A DNA stretch of 64,000 bases from Patescibacteria group bacterium UBA6201 (GTDB taxonomy: Bacteria > Patescibacteriota > Minisyncoccia > Phycocordibacterales > UBA918): positions 290,948 to 354,947 of the forward strand of contig DISV01000005.1 of the NCBI GenBank assembly GCA_002422025.1, given 5' to 3'. Every line of letters starts with the position of its first letter. Position 1 is the first letter of the stretch. Below the pieces are notes generated by a model, which was not told where the DNA came from, did not search any database, and saw only the letters and a list, made by a program, of their open reading frames with translations. Made by a program: the position numbers and the translations under genes. Positions 42,616 to 51,578 of the stretch are shown here, piece after piece.

Positions 42616-44700
42616 ATGGAGTTATTTTCATATCTTGGATTACACACCGCATACCTCTTTGTGTTTTCTGTTAGTTTAGGTTTAGGTATTGGTACATCTG
42701 TATTGAGTCATAGTCTTTTTTTACTTGCTGCTAAAGACAAAAAAGTGTCACGCGATGAGTTTAAATTACTAAACCTATCACGCAAAGTGAGTTGGGTGGC
42801 AATCCTTATGTATGGTTTCAGCGGTATCGGTCTTTTTACCCTTGCCTACGAATCTATGATTGAGCTTGGAATATTCTATGCCAGCATGACGGTCGCTGTA
42901 ATTCTAGTCACAAATGAAGTGCTGTTTTCGTTTTGGCATTTGCCACGTATACAAAACACCAAAAATGGTGTGGCTGTAGTTGATGCTTTTGTTTTAGTAA
43001 GCGGTGCTGTCTCTGCCGTGTCATGGATATTTTTAATGTTCCACCATGTCATTTATCGAACCGATATTGGATACTTTCCATTCATGACCCTATACACAAT
43101 AGCGGTCATTTTGGCACTACTACTCACTTGGTTTATATTCAGAAATTCCGTACACAAACATGACGGCCTTATACTCAAACGCTCTTTATTGACTGCAGTT
43201 TTGCTAACAATTATTTTTATTGGCGCTTGTTATTCCGATATTAATCTAATAACCAAAACGATTAAGGTTGAGGAAGTGGTGCCTCCAATATCAAGTGATG
43301 CAACATACACTATTGATGATGTGGCCCTCCATAACAATTCTGAGGATTGTTGGCTAATTATAGATAAGAAAGTATTCAATGCCACCGAAGCGTCACGCCT
43401 ACATCCAGCCATGTTCAACTGCGGTGAGGATGTGAGTGAGAACTATCATATAAATCATGGCGAGACTATTCGTGACAAGATGATGAAGTTTTATATAGGA
43501 GAACTTAGTGACGGGAAAGGTATCACAAATGTCGATGTACCATTTACAAAAAACCTTACCCTGGAACCATATCGTGAACTATATGTAGATGAAGGATCCT
43601 GGAATCCACATAACCTGATGTTAGTGGTGGAAAAGGACGCTGAGAAGCTTCTAGCAATTGACGGAACTACACACGAAGTAATTGGACGTGTCCACAATGT
43701 TGGTTTTCAGCCACATACATCAGTCTTTTCTTCAGATGCGAAGTTTATGTACATCATCTCGCGCGATGGTTGGCTAACAAAAATAAGCCTTGAAACACTT
43801 GAACCAATTAAATCAGTGTTGGTAGGTGAGAATTCTCGCGGTACTGCGCTGACCGATAATGACAAATACATTGCGATTGGCAATTACGCACCGGGAAATC
43901 TAGTGATTCTCGATACTGATACGATGGAAATCCTCAAGACTATTGCACTTAATGTCACAATAGATGGTAAAGAGATTGAGTCGCGAGCAGGTGCAGTAGT
44001 CGAAGATGGTAACAGAATTATCGTAGCCTTAAAGGATGCAAATAGCGTATGGGCCATTGATACTGACCAGTCGGATTTTCCAGTCACTGATAAATTTGAA
44101 AACATTGGCGAGAATGTACCTGCACTACATGACGCCTTCCTTACTCCCAATGGAGAATACTACATAGTCGCATCCCAAGGTTCAAAGACTGCCTGGGTAC
44201 TTGATTTAACAACAATGAAACCAATCGCTGAGATAGAGACGGGAGAAACACCTCACACCGGCCCTGGAGCTGCCTGGGGCGACTACATCTACGTTCCAGC
44301 TCTCGGAGAAGGTTTAATAACAGTTATTGATACTAAAACCTGGAAGCCGGCGAAGTACATAAAAACAGGTGGGCCAGGACTATTTGTGCGCAGTTACAGC
44401 AAAGATCCATCGTATCCATATGTCTGGGCCGATACTGCCTTTGGCGATTATAAAGATGAAATATATGTGATTGATGCAAGGATTAACGAAATCGTTGAAA
44501 CAATTGTCCCAGTCGAAGGCGAAAGCTCATGGCACCCTGAATTTACCTACGATGGTAAGTCTGTCTACATCGTTTCTCAAACAGCCAACGAAGTAGAAGT
44601 ATACGATGCCTACACCTTCGAAATAGTTAAAAGAATTGAAGCTAATACTCCATCAGCAATATCTAATGTTGGTCTTCGAATCGAGGAGCCTGGACTCTAA
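42616..44700 (+). CDS. Fusion: multi-TM domain + cytochrome b5-like domain + cytochrome cd1 heme d1 beta-propeller (NirS/NirN-like)
   Basis: YTIDDVALHN..DCWLII..VFN..HP..CG.D..H (b5); GFQPHT, SRDGW, ESRAGA, LHDA, TPHTGPG, GGPGLF, HPEFT, TPSAISNV (d1 domain). Confidence 0.85.
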   Translation: MELFSYLGLHTAYLFVFSVSLGLGIGTSVLSHSLFLLAAKDKKVSRDEFKLLNLSRKVSWVAILMYGFSGIGLFTLAYESMIELGIFYASMTVAVILVTNEVLFSFWHLPRIQNTKNGVAVVDAFVLVSGAVSAVSWIFLMFHHVIYRTDIGYFPFMTLYTIAVILALLLTWFIFRNSVHKHDGLILKRSLLTAVLLTIIFIGACYSDINLITKTIKVEEVVPPISSDATYTIDDVALHNNSEDCWLIIDKKVFNATEASRLHPAMFNCGEDVSENYHINHGETIRDKMMKFYIGELSDGKGITNVDVPFTKNLTLEPYRELYVDEGSWNPHNLMLVVEKDAEKLLAIDGTTHEVIGRVHNVGFQPHTSVFSSDAKFMYIISRDGWLTKISLETLEPIKSVLVGENSRGTALTDNDKYIAIGNYAPGNLVILDTDTMEILKTIALNVTIDGKEIESRAGAVVEDGNRIIVALKDANSVWAIDTDQSDFPVTDKFENIGENVPALHDAFLTPNGEYYIVASQGSKTAWVLDLTTMKPIAEIETGETPHTGPGAAWGDYIYVPALGEGLITVIDTKTWKPAKYIKTGGPGLFVRSYSKDPSYPYVWADTAFGDYKDEIYVIDARINEIVETIVPVEGESSWHPEFTYDGKSVYIVSQTANEVEVYDAYTFEIVKRIEANTPSAISNVGLRIEEPGL

Positions 44701-44710
44701 TTAAATATAT

Positions 44711-45247
44711 TTAAGCTGTTTTAGTTGAAAGAATCCTTACCCCACTAAGGACAAAGGCGATTTCAATGGCACCCACAAGAACCAAGGTGTAAGCAATATC
44801 ACCAAGTAGCATATTCCTCAAAAATGGTAGGCCAAGCTCATAAGCATAGAGGAGTCCAAAAATAGATTTCTCATACCATGGAGAGAACAACCAGACTGCA
44901 GCATTGGTAAACAAAAAGAAGACTAGCGAACTGGCAACAACAGTGACCCCAACCGAAGAGAAGGAGTTATACTTTCGACAAACCCAACTAAGGAAACCAA
45001 TTAGGATAAACGAGCCGTAGACTGAAAGCATTATTCTCCAATCGTAAAACCCTATAAGCAAATCAGACAGTAGGAGGGCCACAAGCGGAAGAATAATTGA
45101 CCACCTTCTTCCGAGATACAAACTACCCACAAACGCTAAGGCGGCAATCGGTGTTGCGTTCGGAGCGTGTGGCATAAGCCTTATCATTATCCCGAAAGAA
45201 ATTAGTGCGCACGCTATTAAAATAATCTGATTTCTATTCAAATTCAT
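44711..45247 (-). CDS. Putative vitamin transporter S-component (DUF6580-like)
   Basis: RLMPHAPNATPIAALA, SDLLIG, FFLFTN..VW, YELGLPF; last gene of the nrdJ-pduO operon. Confidence 0.75.
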   Translation of the reverse strand: MNLNRNQIILIACALISFGIMIRLMPHAPNATPIAALAFVGSLYLGRRWSIILPLVALLLSDLLIGFYDWRIMLSVYGSFILIGFLSWVCRKYNSFSSVGVTVVASSLVFFLFTNAAVWLFSPWYEKSIFGLLYAYELGLPFLRNMLLGDIAYTLVLVGAIEIAFVLSGVRILSTKTA

Positions 45248-45249
45248 AA

Positions 45250-45681
45250 TCAAAATTGTGATTTTTCATAGCGCCATTCTACAGAGTCTCTGTCTTTAAG
45301 CTCTAGTTTATCGGCTCCGACTTGTGGCATAGTGTCGTTAACAAAATACTGCCAATATTTGTCCTCCACTCCATTTACCTTTCCATTTATACCCTCAACC
45401 AATATTCCAAGCCCTGGATACTCTTTGGTGATTAAGAGAAACTCTGGGTCTTCTTGATTTAGTGCCTCTAGAGCATCATAGACAGTATCACCCACTGCTA
45501 CAGTTACTGATTTATTTGTATAAACACCTTCAACACTTAGGGAAATGTTGATGACTTCTTGAACATCTTCAGTCGGTACATTTTGTAGATTGGTCTGTCT
45601 GTCTGTATACGCAGACAGACCAAAGATTAATGCCAATACAACAGTACCTAACCCTAATATTTGCAAGACTTTATTATTCAT
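45250..45681 (-). CDS. DUF4430 / transcobalamin beta-domain-like protein
   Basis: TVYDAL, GILVEGING, YWQYFVN..VGAD..L.D.DSVEWRY. Confidence 0.85.
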   Translation of the reverse strand: MNNKVLQILGLGTVVLALIFGLSAYTDRQTNLQNVPTEDVQEVINISLSVEGVYTNKSVTVAVGDTVYDALEALNQEDPEFLLITKEYPGLGILVEGINGKVNGVEDKYWQYFVNDTMPQVGADKLELKDRDSVEWRYEKSQF

Positions 45682-46226
45682 ACACTTTTTAAATTATCTT
45701 TATACGAAGGCGATAGTTCTCTTATATTCTTCCTGACCGCTACATATCGTGCAAGTACGTATAGAAGACTTGAGAGTCGATTGAGATACGCTAGAGTCTC
45801 GGGCGACACTGCCCTATCTGACAAAGCAGCGATGACTGTACGCTCTGCTCGACGCGACACTGCTCTAGCAAAATCAAATAGTGCTGAGTGTTCTGTCACC
45901 CCTGGTACCACAAAGGAATGAGGGTTTGTTATTTCACTCTCAAAATCTTCAATCGTCTGTTCAAGACTGTCTATATGACTTTGTTCAAGTGTTTCGGTGA
46001 CTCCCGCCAACTCTGCCTGCACAATAAAAAGACTTTCTTGCGCCTTTAGTATCTCATTACTAATTCGTTTGTCTTTTTTAGCAAAACGAGCCCTGCAAAT
46101 ACCGAGTAATGAGTTGAGCTCATCAACCGTACCAAGTGCTTCAAAGACAAGACTATCTTTAGATAAACGCTCTTTAGTCCCAAAGAGTCCTGAAGTGCCA
46201 CCATCCCCTTTACGCGTATATAGCAT
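45678..46226 (-). CDS. pduO: ATP:cob(I)alamin adenosyltransferase, PduO type
   Basis: YTRKGDGGTS, GTVDELNS, RAVSRRAER, YLNRLSS. Confidence 0.93.
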   Translation of the reverse strand: MLYTRKGDGGTSGLFGTKERLSKDSLVFEALGTVDELNSLLGICRARFAKKDKRISNEILKAQESLFIVQAELAGVTETLEQSHIDSLEQTIEDFESEITNPHSFVVPGVTEHSALFDFARAVSRRAERTVIAALSDRAVSPETLAYLNRLSSLLYVLARYVAVRKNIRELSPSYKDNLKSV

Positions 46227-46231
46227 AGAAT

Positions 46232-48556
46232 TTACGCAGTAGTTACATCAGAGGGTACCAACATATCAATATCACAAGTACCACCCACACAAGCCAACTC
46301 CTTCTTCTGCTCCGTCTCATCAGTATGCTCATAGGTGACCAACTTTGAGTAGTCGATTGAAGGAAAGCCAGCTAATAGTTCATCATATCGTTTTTTATCA
46401 ATTGTCTCATAAGGAGCCAGACGGTAAACATGATCAAAGCGTGGCAAGAATGATAAACCGCCGATAATACTCCAATTTTTCTGCACCCAATCTACAACAC
46501 TAATCCACTCATTTTCGCCGACTGATATCGTGGCCGATGGATTATGTTCCGTATAGTTAAGCTTTACTGTCTTCCAATATTCTAATTGTTCCAGTGCAGA
46601 AAAATCATCTTTAAAAACAGAATCACTTGGTGCCTCGACTGGAAACTCCAAAACATAAGTACTAGCGCTTTCGAGAGATTGCCCAACTTCAGGGTAGTAT
46701 GGTACGCCTTGGTCCTTCAACATCTTGAAGAGTGAGTCAGTGGCAGAGATTCGGACACGACGGATATAGTATTTTGAGTGACGAGGATGTATACCAGAGG
46801 AACAATTGAAGGTTTGTGACACAGTACCAGACGGTTTAACTGCTGTTACTGATAGTGATTGCTTTATTCCTAGTCGTTTGGCGTACAGAGCGTTTGTCTC
46901 TATTGCCATATCACGCATCGCACGTAAAGTTTCTGGTTCGCGCGCAACGTCACTATCCCACTGACCAGTCACTGAAACACCAAGCAAATGCTCATCTTCA
47001 CAATGCTTCTGCCAGTCTTTCGAGATGTAGTTAAATTTCGTCAAGGAAGATTGATAAGTTCCAAGGAGAGAAGCAAGACGCGCCTTACGCACCAAACTCT
47101 CTTTAGTGTCATCCGCTCGCGCTATAACTTCAGAGAGGTTACAAAATTGTTTTGATTGGAGGATTATCTCTCCACACGGATTCGTACCAATTGGACCCTC
47201 TACTACCCCATCTTCTCCTAGGAAGCCTACCTTCTTAAAATACTTAGCACGACGCTCCGGTAAAGTGTTGGCCAATGCTCCACGGTTAAATATACCTCTC
47301 TCTCCTGACCCACTTTTCATAAGTGCCACCCACTCTTCCATTAATTCCGTATTTGATGGAGTTGTTTCGTATACGGCAGAGTTATTAGCAACTGACCGAT
47401 GTGGTTCTGTTAAATAAAACTGTCCCTTTTTAGCATCACGTAGGTCAGCGTCATCAAGATCAGACAGACTTATCATTGCGGTCCGACGTACTCCTCCTGA
47501 GACCACACACTCACCAATCTTGCAGATAATATCGTGAACATCGAGTGGTCTCAGGCGACGACCTTGTCGTTTCTGTATCTTTTCTTTAGCAAAATCCAGT
47601 AGCGAACGTAGTGGCTCAGGACCAGAGGCTTTGCCACCCATAGTCATCAAGCGGGCACCCGCTGGCCGAATAAGAGAGTAATCAAACTGAATATCCTCTC
47701 CGGCATACCAAGTCTTTAGCCCTAAAGTGAGCGCATCACACCACCCTTCTTTAGAATCTTTAACTCTGTGTGTGGGCTTCACTTTTTTAGTTAGTTTTTT
47801 AATCTGTGGCATCTGCTCAACATTCTGACTCTCAACAGAAAATCCGACACCACACCCTTGCATTGAGAGGTACATAATTTCGGCATAATCTTCAAGTGAA
47901 GCTGGAGCAATAAATGTGCAGTTATATGCACAGGTGTTGCAACGGCGAGCTGGGTCACCAGCAAATTGCATCAGTCTCATAGAAGGCATCACTTCTTGCT
48001 TAAGAATTGCTTCACGAAGTTCAGAATACTCCTCTTGTGAGAGCTTATTGCCAAGATTTTCTCTCATAAATGAAATATAACGATCAACCGTCTCAATCCA
48101 TGTCTCACGTCGATTTTCCTCCTCAATCCATCGTGCGTAGGTCCTCAGATATACGAATTCGCCAAGAGCATTATCTTTAAAATACTTTTTGCTTTTTTCC
48201 GCCAGGACCCGCACATGTTCTGGCACCTCACCTCTTTCCAAGCGTCTCTCTGTTCGCTCCGCTCGGTAGAGGATGTATGATTTGGCAGATTCAAGGAACC
48301 CCAAAAGCATAAGTTCTTTTTCCACCTCATCTTGCACCTCCTCAACAGTGGGAGTAAATGCTGAATTAGTTTTTTTATTTGCCGCCAACTTCTTTTCTAC
48401 TGCATTAGCAACCATCTTTGCTGCTCCATCACTAAATTCTCCAACGGCCTTCATTGCTTTGTTTACAGCAACGATAATTTTGTTTTTATCAAAATCAACG
48501 GACGAACCGTCTCGTTTAATGATGGTAGTTAGCAATGGTGATTTGGTTTTTGGCAT
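46232..48556 (-). CDS. nrdJ: Class II (AdoCbl-dependent) ribonucleotide reductase with N-terminal ATP cone
   Basis: IIKRDG ATP cone, VMPSMR, YNC, VVSGGVRR, TNPCGEI, KPSGT, C-terminal CVGGTC; pduO adjacent and no nrdB in the window. Confidence 0.9.
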   Translation of the reverse strand: MPKTKSPLLTTIIKRDGSSVDFDKNKIIVAVNKAMKAVGEFSDGAAKMVANAVEKKLAANKKTNSAFTPTVEEVQDEVEKELMLLGFLESAKSYILYRAERTERRLERGEVPEHVRVLAEKSKKYFKDNALGEFVYLRTYARWIEEENRRETWIETVDRYISFMRENLGNKLSQEEYSELREAILKQEVMPSMRLMQFAGDPARRCNTCAYNCTFIAPASLEDYAEIMYLSMQGCGVGFSVESQNVEQMPQIKKLTKKVKPTHRVKDSKEGWCDALTLGLKTWYAGEDIQFDYSLIRPAGARLMTMGGKASGPEPLRSLLDFAKEKIQKRQGRRLRPLDVHDIICKIGECVVSGGVRRTAMISLSDLDDADLRDAKKGQFYLTEPHRSVANNSAVYETTPSNTELMEEWVALMKSGSGERGIFNRGALANTLPERRAKYFKKVGFLGEDGVVEGPIGTNPCGEIILQSKQFCNLSEVIARADDTKESLVRKARLASLLGTYQSSLTKFNYISKDWQKHCEDEHLLGVSVTGQWDSDVAREPETLRAMRDMAIETNALYAKRLGIKQSLSVTAVKPSGTVSQTFNCSSGIHPRHSKYYIRRVRISATDSLFKMLKDQGVPYYPEVGQSLESASTYVLEFPVEAPSDSVFKDDFSALEQLEYWKTVKLNYTEHNPSATISVGENEWISVVDWVQKNWSIIGGLSFLPRFDHVYRLAPYETIDKKRYDELLAGFPSIDYSKLVTYEHTDETEQKKELACVGGTCDIDMLVPSDVTTA

Positions 48557-48966
48557 AGTCGGCAAAGATTACATAGATAATGGTCTATCTATAGTAATAT
48601 AGATAATTATCTATGTATAAGAAAATGATGTGGAGAAGAGATACGGACACGAAAGATAGGCCCTGACAAGTACACATTGCCCCACCTAGTTGAAGAGACT
48701 AGTTAAGATAGGGCATTTTTTTCCAAATTGACCTAGTTTATTGCCACACCTGCGTTGGTATTCAACATACATATACGTTATGATAACGACCGCATACGGA
48801 GGGTTCGCATAGTGGATGAGTAGCAAAACATTTTGCTACTCATCCGGTCCCGAGTGAAGCGAGGGATTGTCCGATGTTTTAGACGAGGACAAAGGTGGAC
48901 TAGTGCTAGGCATTTCTATCACTTAGTTTGTAACTGGACCGAGAAGTCATTAAACTAGGAATTTAC

Positions 48967-49053
48967 GGAGGGTTCGCATAGTGGCCTAGTGCGCCGCCTT
49001 GGAAAGGCGGTATCGGGGAAACTCGATCGAGGGTTCAAATCCCTCACCCTCCG
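48967..49053 (+). tRNA. tRNA-Ser(GGA)
   Basis: GGAGGGTTCGCATAGTGGCCTAGTGCGCCGCCTTGGAAAGGCGG, long variable arm, GGTTCAAATCCCTCACCCTCCG; CCA not encoded. Confidence 0.95.
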
Positions 49054-49387
49054 CAGATGAACGAAGTGAGACAAGGTGGGTGAAAGAAACAGTCTGGGTG
49101 AGTAAGTGTTGCACACTTCCACAAGACTCATTGAGATAGTTATGACCAACGGGAATAAATATCCAATGAGTAGACAGCTCCTGTAAGGAGACTGTTTCTT
49201 GGGATTTGAAAAGGTTGCCCGTTGTTTTGGGAATACTTGGACTAATATAACTATAATCTGTATTGAAACTATAAGTTTCAAATCTCTCAACTACTTATAC
49301 ACACCCCACCTTTACACACCTCAAAAAATGTTTCGAGAAGAGTACAATATAGATAGCACGAAGTTATTAACATTAACTTAATGAATT

Positions 49388-49780
49388 ATGGAAAGTACTA
49401 CTATGTTCCTCGCCAGTCTGTGGGGACCGGCCATTCTGGCTGTTGGTGCAGGGTTTTTTGTGAGTCGTGAACACTACCTCCGAATATACAGAGATATCCA
49501 AAGAGAACCGTTTGCTTTATTAGTATTTGGAATGGCTGGTATTGCCGCTGCCATTGTCCACATCAACACTCATAATGTTTGGGGGAATCTACCGGAGATG
49601 ATTATCAGCTTCTTAGGCTGGGCATTACTCCTTAAGTCACTAACCTTGATGATAATGCCAAATATCACGGACAAATTAGCTGGCCGTATAGCCACCAATT
49701 CAACTCTGATTACCATCGTTGGAATCACGATGTTACTGGTCGGTGGATATCTATCATGGTTGTCCTACTTTGTTAATTAG
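49388..49780 (+). CDS. Small 4-TM membrane protein
   Basis: 130-aa hydrophobic ORF with HNVW and LGW..LKS motifs. Confidence 0.75.
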   Translation: MESTTMFLASLWGPAILAVGAGFFVSREHYLRIYRDIQREPFALLVFGMAGIAAAIVHINTHNVWGNLPEMIISFLGWALLLKSLTLMIMPNITDKLAGRIATNSTLITIVGITMLLVGGYLSWLSYFVN

Positions 49781-49791
49781 TATGTAGGGAG

Positions 49792-49830
49792 AATCAAAAA
49801 CGGCGCGTCACGGACGCGCCGTTTTTGATT
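49792..49830. terminator. Bidirectional terminator
   Basis: AATCAAAAACGGCGCGTC-ACG-GACGCGCCGTTTTTGATT. Confidence 0.85.
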
Positions 49831-49843
49831 ATCTGTTTTGTTT

Positions 49844-50197
49844 CTAGTGCTTACACTTCCCTCGCACAGTTAACTCTAAAGATTCGGGAGTAAAACCTGG
49901 AACCTTAATCGATTTCATAATCTCAGCATCCGATACATTAAAGTGGATTACCTTATTGCAATCAGTGCAGATGGCATGATGATGATTTGCTTCTTTATAT
50001 TCATACATCGCCTCGTCTTTATCAAGGTCAAGTTTTTTTATCAAACCATCCGACACAAAGAGTTCTAAGTTCCGATATATGGTAGTCAGGTCAATCTCCG
50101 GAATTTTCTTATGAATTTCAGCCGCAGACAAAGCACAGTGCGCGTCTTTCAGCACTTTAAATATTTTTTCACGCTTTGGACTGTGGCGACGATTCAT
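49844..50197 (-). CDS. Fur-family transcriptional regulator
   Basis: LSAAEIH, TTIYRNL, HHHAICTDC. Confidence 0.92.
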   Translation of the reverse strand: MNRRHSPKREKIFKVLKDAHCALSAAEIHKKIPEIDLTTIYRNLELFVSDGLIKKLDLDKDEAMYEYKEANHHHAICTDCNKVIHFNVSDAEIMKSIKVPGFTPESLELTVRGKCKH

Positions 50198-50205
50198 AAT
50201 TGAAT

Positions 50206-51105
50206 CTATTTACTCATGTCCCTTAATATCCTGATTCTTTCCGCTGCAGGTGGGTGAGTTTGGAAAAGATTAGAAATTTTCTGCCCAAGCGTACGTTTTT
50301 CAGAACCAAATGGATCGGCAATGAAAAGGTGTGCAGTAGCGTTATTAGCTCGCTTCATCGGCTGACTATAATGACTAATTTTTTCGAGCGCAGAAGCTAG
50401 ACCCTCCGGATAGCGAGTAAGTAAAGCGCCAGAGGCGTCAGCTAAATATTCACGTTTCCTAGAGATGGCTAATTGAATCATCTGCGCAGCAATCGGAGCT
50501 AATATAATGCCAACGATACCAAGTACCAAGAAGATTACTCCTGCCTTACTATCGCGATCATCACCTCCACCCCACAGCATTGAGCGCATAAAGAGGTCAG
50601 CAATAATGGCAATGAATCCTGCAAGGACAACAGCGACAGTTGAGACCAACATATCGCGGTTTCCGACATGAGAAAGCTCGTGTGCCATAACACCCTCGAG
50701 TTCAGTACGATCTAAAACCGCTAAAAGGCCAGTTGTAGCGGCCACTACAGCGTTCTCAGGATTGCGACCAGTAGCAAAAGCATTCGGAGCCGAATCATTC
50801 ACGACATACACTTTAGGCATTGGTAGACCAGCGGTAATAGAGAGGTTCTCCACGATCTGAATCAGGTCTCGGTATTCACGTGGGTCAGCCGGTTTCGCTC
50901 CCGTCATTGCAACAACAAGCTTATCACTCCACCAGTAACTGCCGACATTCATAAACAGCGCAAATGCGATGGCAACATACATTATTGAAGGATTACTGTA
51001 GTACCAGTTAAGGAAGTACCCAATAGCGATAACCAAGGCAAAGAACATCGCCATCAAAAACCAGGTCTTACGAATATTTTCAGATTGATGTGTATACAGG
51101 GTCAT
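50206..51105 (-). CDS. htpX: Zinc metalloprotease HtpX (M48)
   Basis: PNAFATG, AHELSH, SRKREYLAD, THPP; start MTLYTHQ. Confidence 0.95.
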   Translation of the reverse strand: MTLYTHQSENIRKTWFLMAMFFALVIAIGYFLNWYYSNPSIMYVAIAFALFMNVGSYWWSDKLVVAMTGAKPADPREYRDLIQIVENLSITAGLPMPKVYVVNDSAPNAFATGRNPENAVVAATTGLLAVLDRTELEGVMAHELSHVGNRDMLVSTVAVVLAGFIAIIADLFMRSMLWGGGDDRDSKAGVIFLVLGIVGIILAPIAAQMIQLAISRKREYLADASGALLTRYPEGLASALEKISHYSQPMKRANNATAHLFIADPFGSEKRTLGQKISNLFQTHPPAAERIRILRDMSK

Positions 51106-51108
51106 AAT

Positions 51109-51145
51109 TAGTTGCTTAGTACACAGTACGCAGTACACAGCACGT
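51109..51145. repeat. 7-nt tandem array (AGTACRC)n, downstream flank of the four-helix-bundle gene
   Basis: TTAGTACAC AGTACGC AGTACAC AGCACGT. Confidence 0.85.
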
Positions 51146-51153
51146 CATTCTTA

Positions 51154-51507
51154 CTATACTGAGAGACTAGTTATCAGCTTATTAAGCATTTTCCGTACTA
51201 CAGTTGTCTGCTCCTGTATTCTATCAAATTCTGCGCCTCCTACTAAACTTAACTTTTTAGAGATAATAAGCTGCGTTTCTAATTCAGCACTGGACCCATA
51301 CGAAATACGAAGGAAGCGAACAAAATCTCCACTACTCTTCCTGGCATGACCCTCAGCAATATTCGATGGTATTGATACAGCACTTCTTCTCATTTGGTTA
51401 ACTAGACCGAATTTTTCACTATCAGGAAAATCGGCAGTTACTGTATATATCAATGTAACTAATTCAATACTTCTCTGCCAAACTAGAAGGTCTTGATAAA
51501 TTTCCAT
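51154..51507 (-). CDS. Four-helix-bundle protein (23S rRNA IVP / bAvd-like family)
   Basis: YQDLLVWQRS, FPDSEKFGLVNQMRRSAVSIPSNIAEG, FLRISYGSSAELETQL. Confidence 0.93.
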   Translation of the reverse strand: MEIYQDLLVWQRSIELVTLIYTVTADFPDSEKFGLVNQMRRSAVSIPSNIAEGHARKSSGDFVRFLRISYGSSAELETQLIISKKLSLVGGAEFDRIQEQTTVVRKMLNKLITSLSV

Positions 51508-51517
51508 AAATTTTGTT

Positions 51518-51578
51518 ACGTACTGCGTCCCAACGTGCTGCGTACTGTGTACTGCGTCCTGTGTACTAACTACCAACT
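51518..51578. repeat. 7-nt tandem array (GYGTACT)n, upstream flank, inverted relative to 51109-51145
   Basis: ACGTACT GCGTCCCA ACGTGCT GCGTACT GTGTACT GCGTCCT GTGTACT AA. Confidence 0.85.

Noticed and set aside
48557-48790. Cobalamin riboswitch or NrdR boxes upstream of nrdJ
   Set aside because: No GGGAA...GCCACTG B12-box core or convincing NrdR consensus found by eye
51154-51507. Diversity-generating retroelement (Avd-like gene)
   Set aside because: No reverse transcriptase and no TR/VR pair with adenine-specific mismatches seen in the window
51106-51576. N-terminal extensions MYCVLCTKQ (htpX) and MVVSTQDAVHSTQH (four-helix protein)
   Set aside because: They are translations of the heptamer arrays; family-like sequence starts at 51105 and 51507
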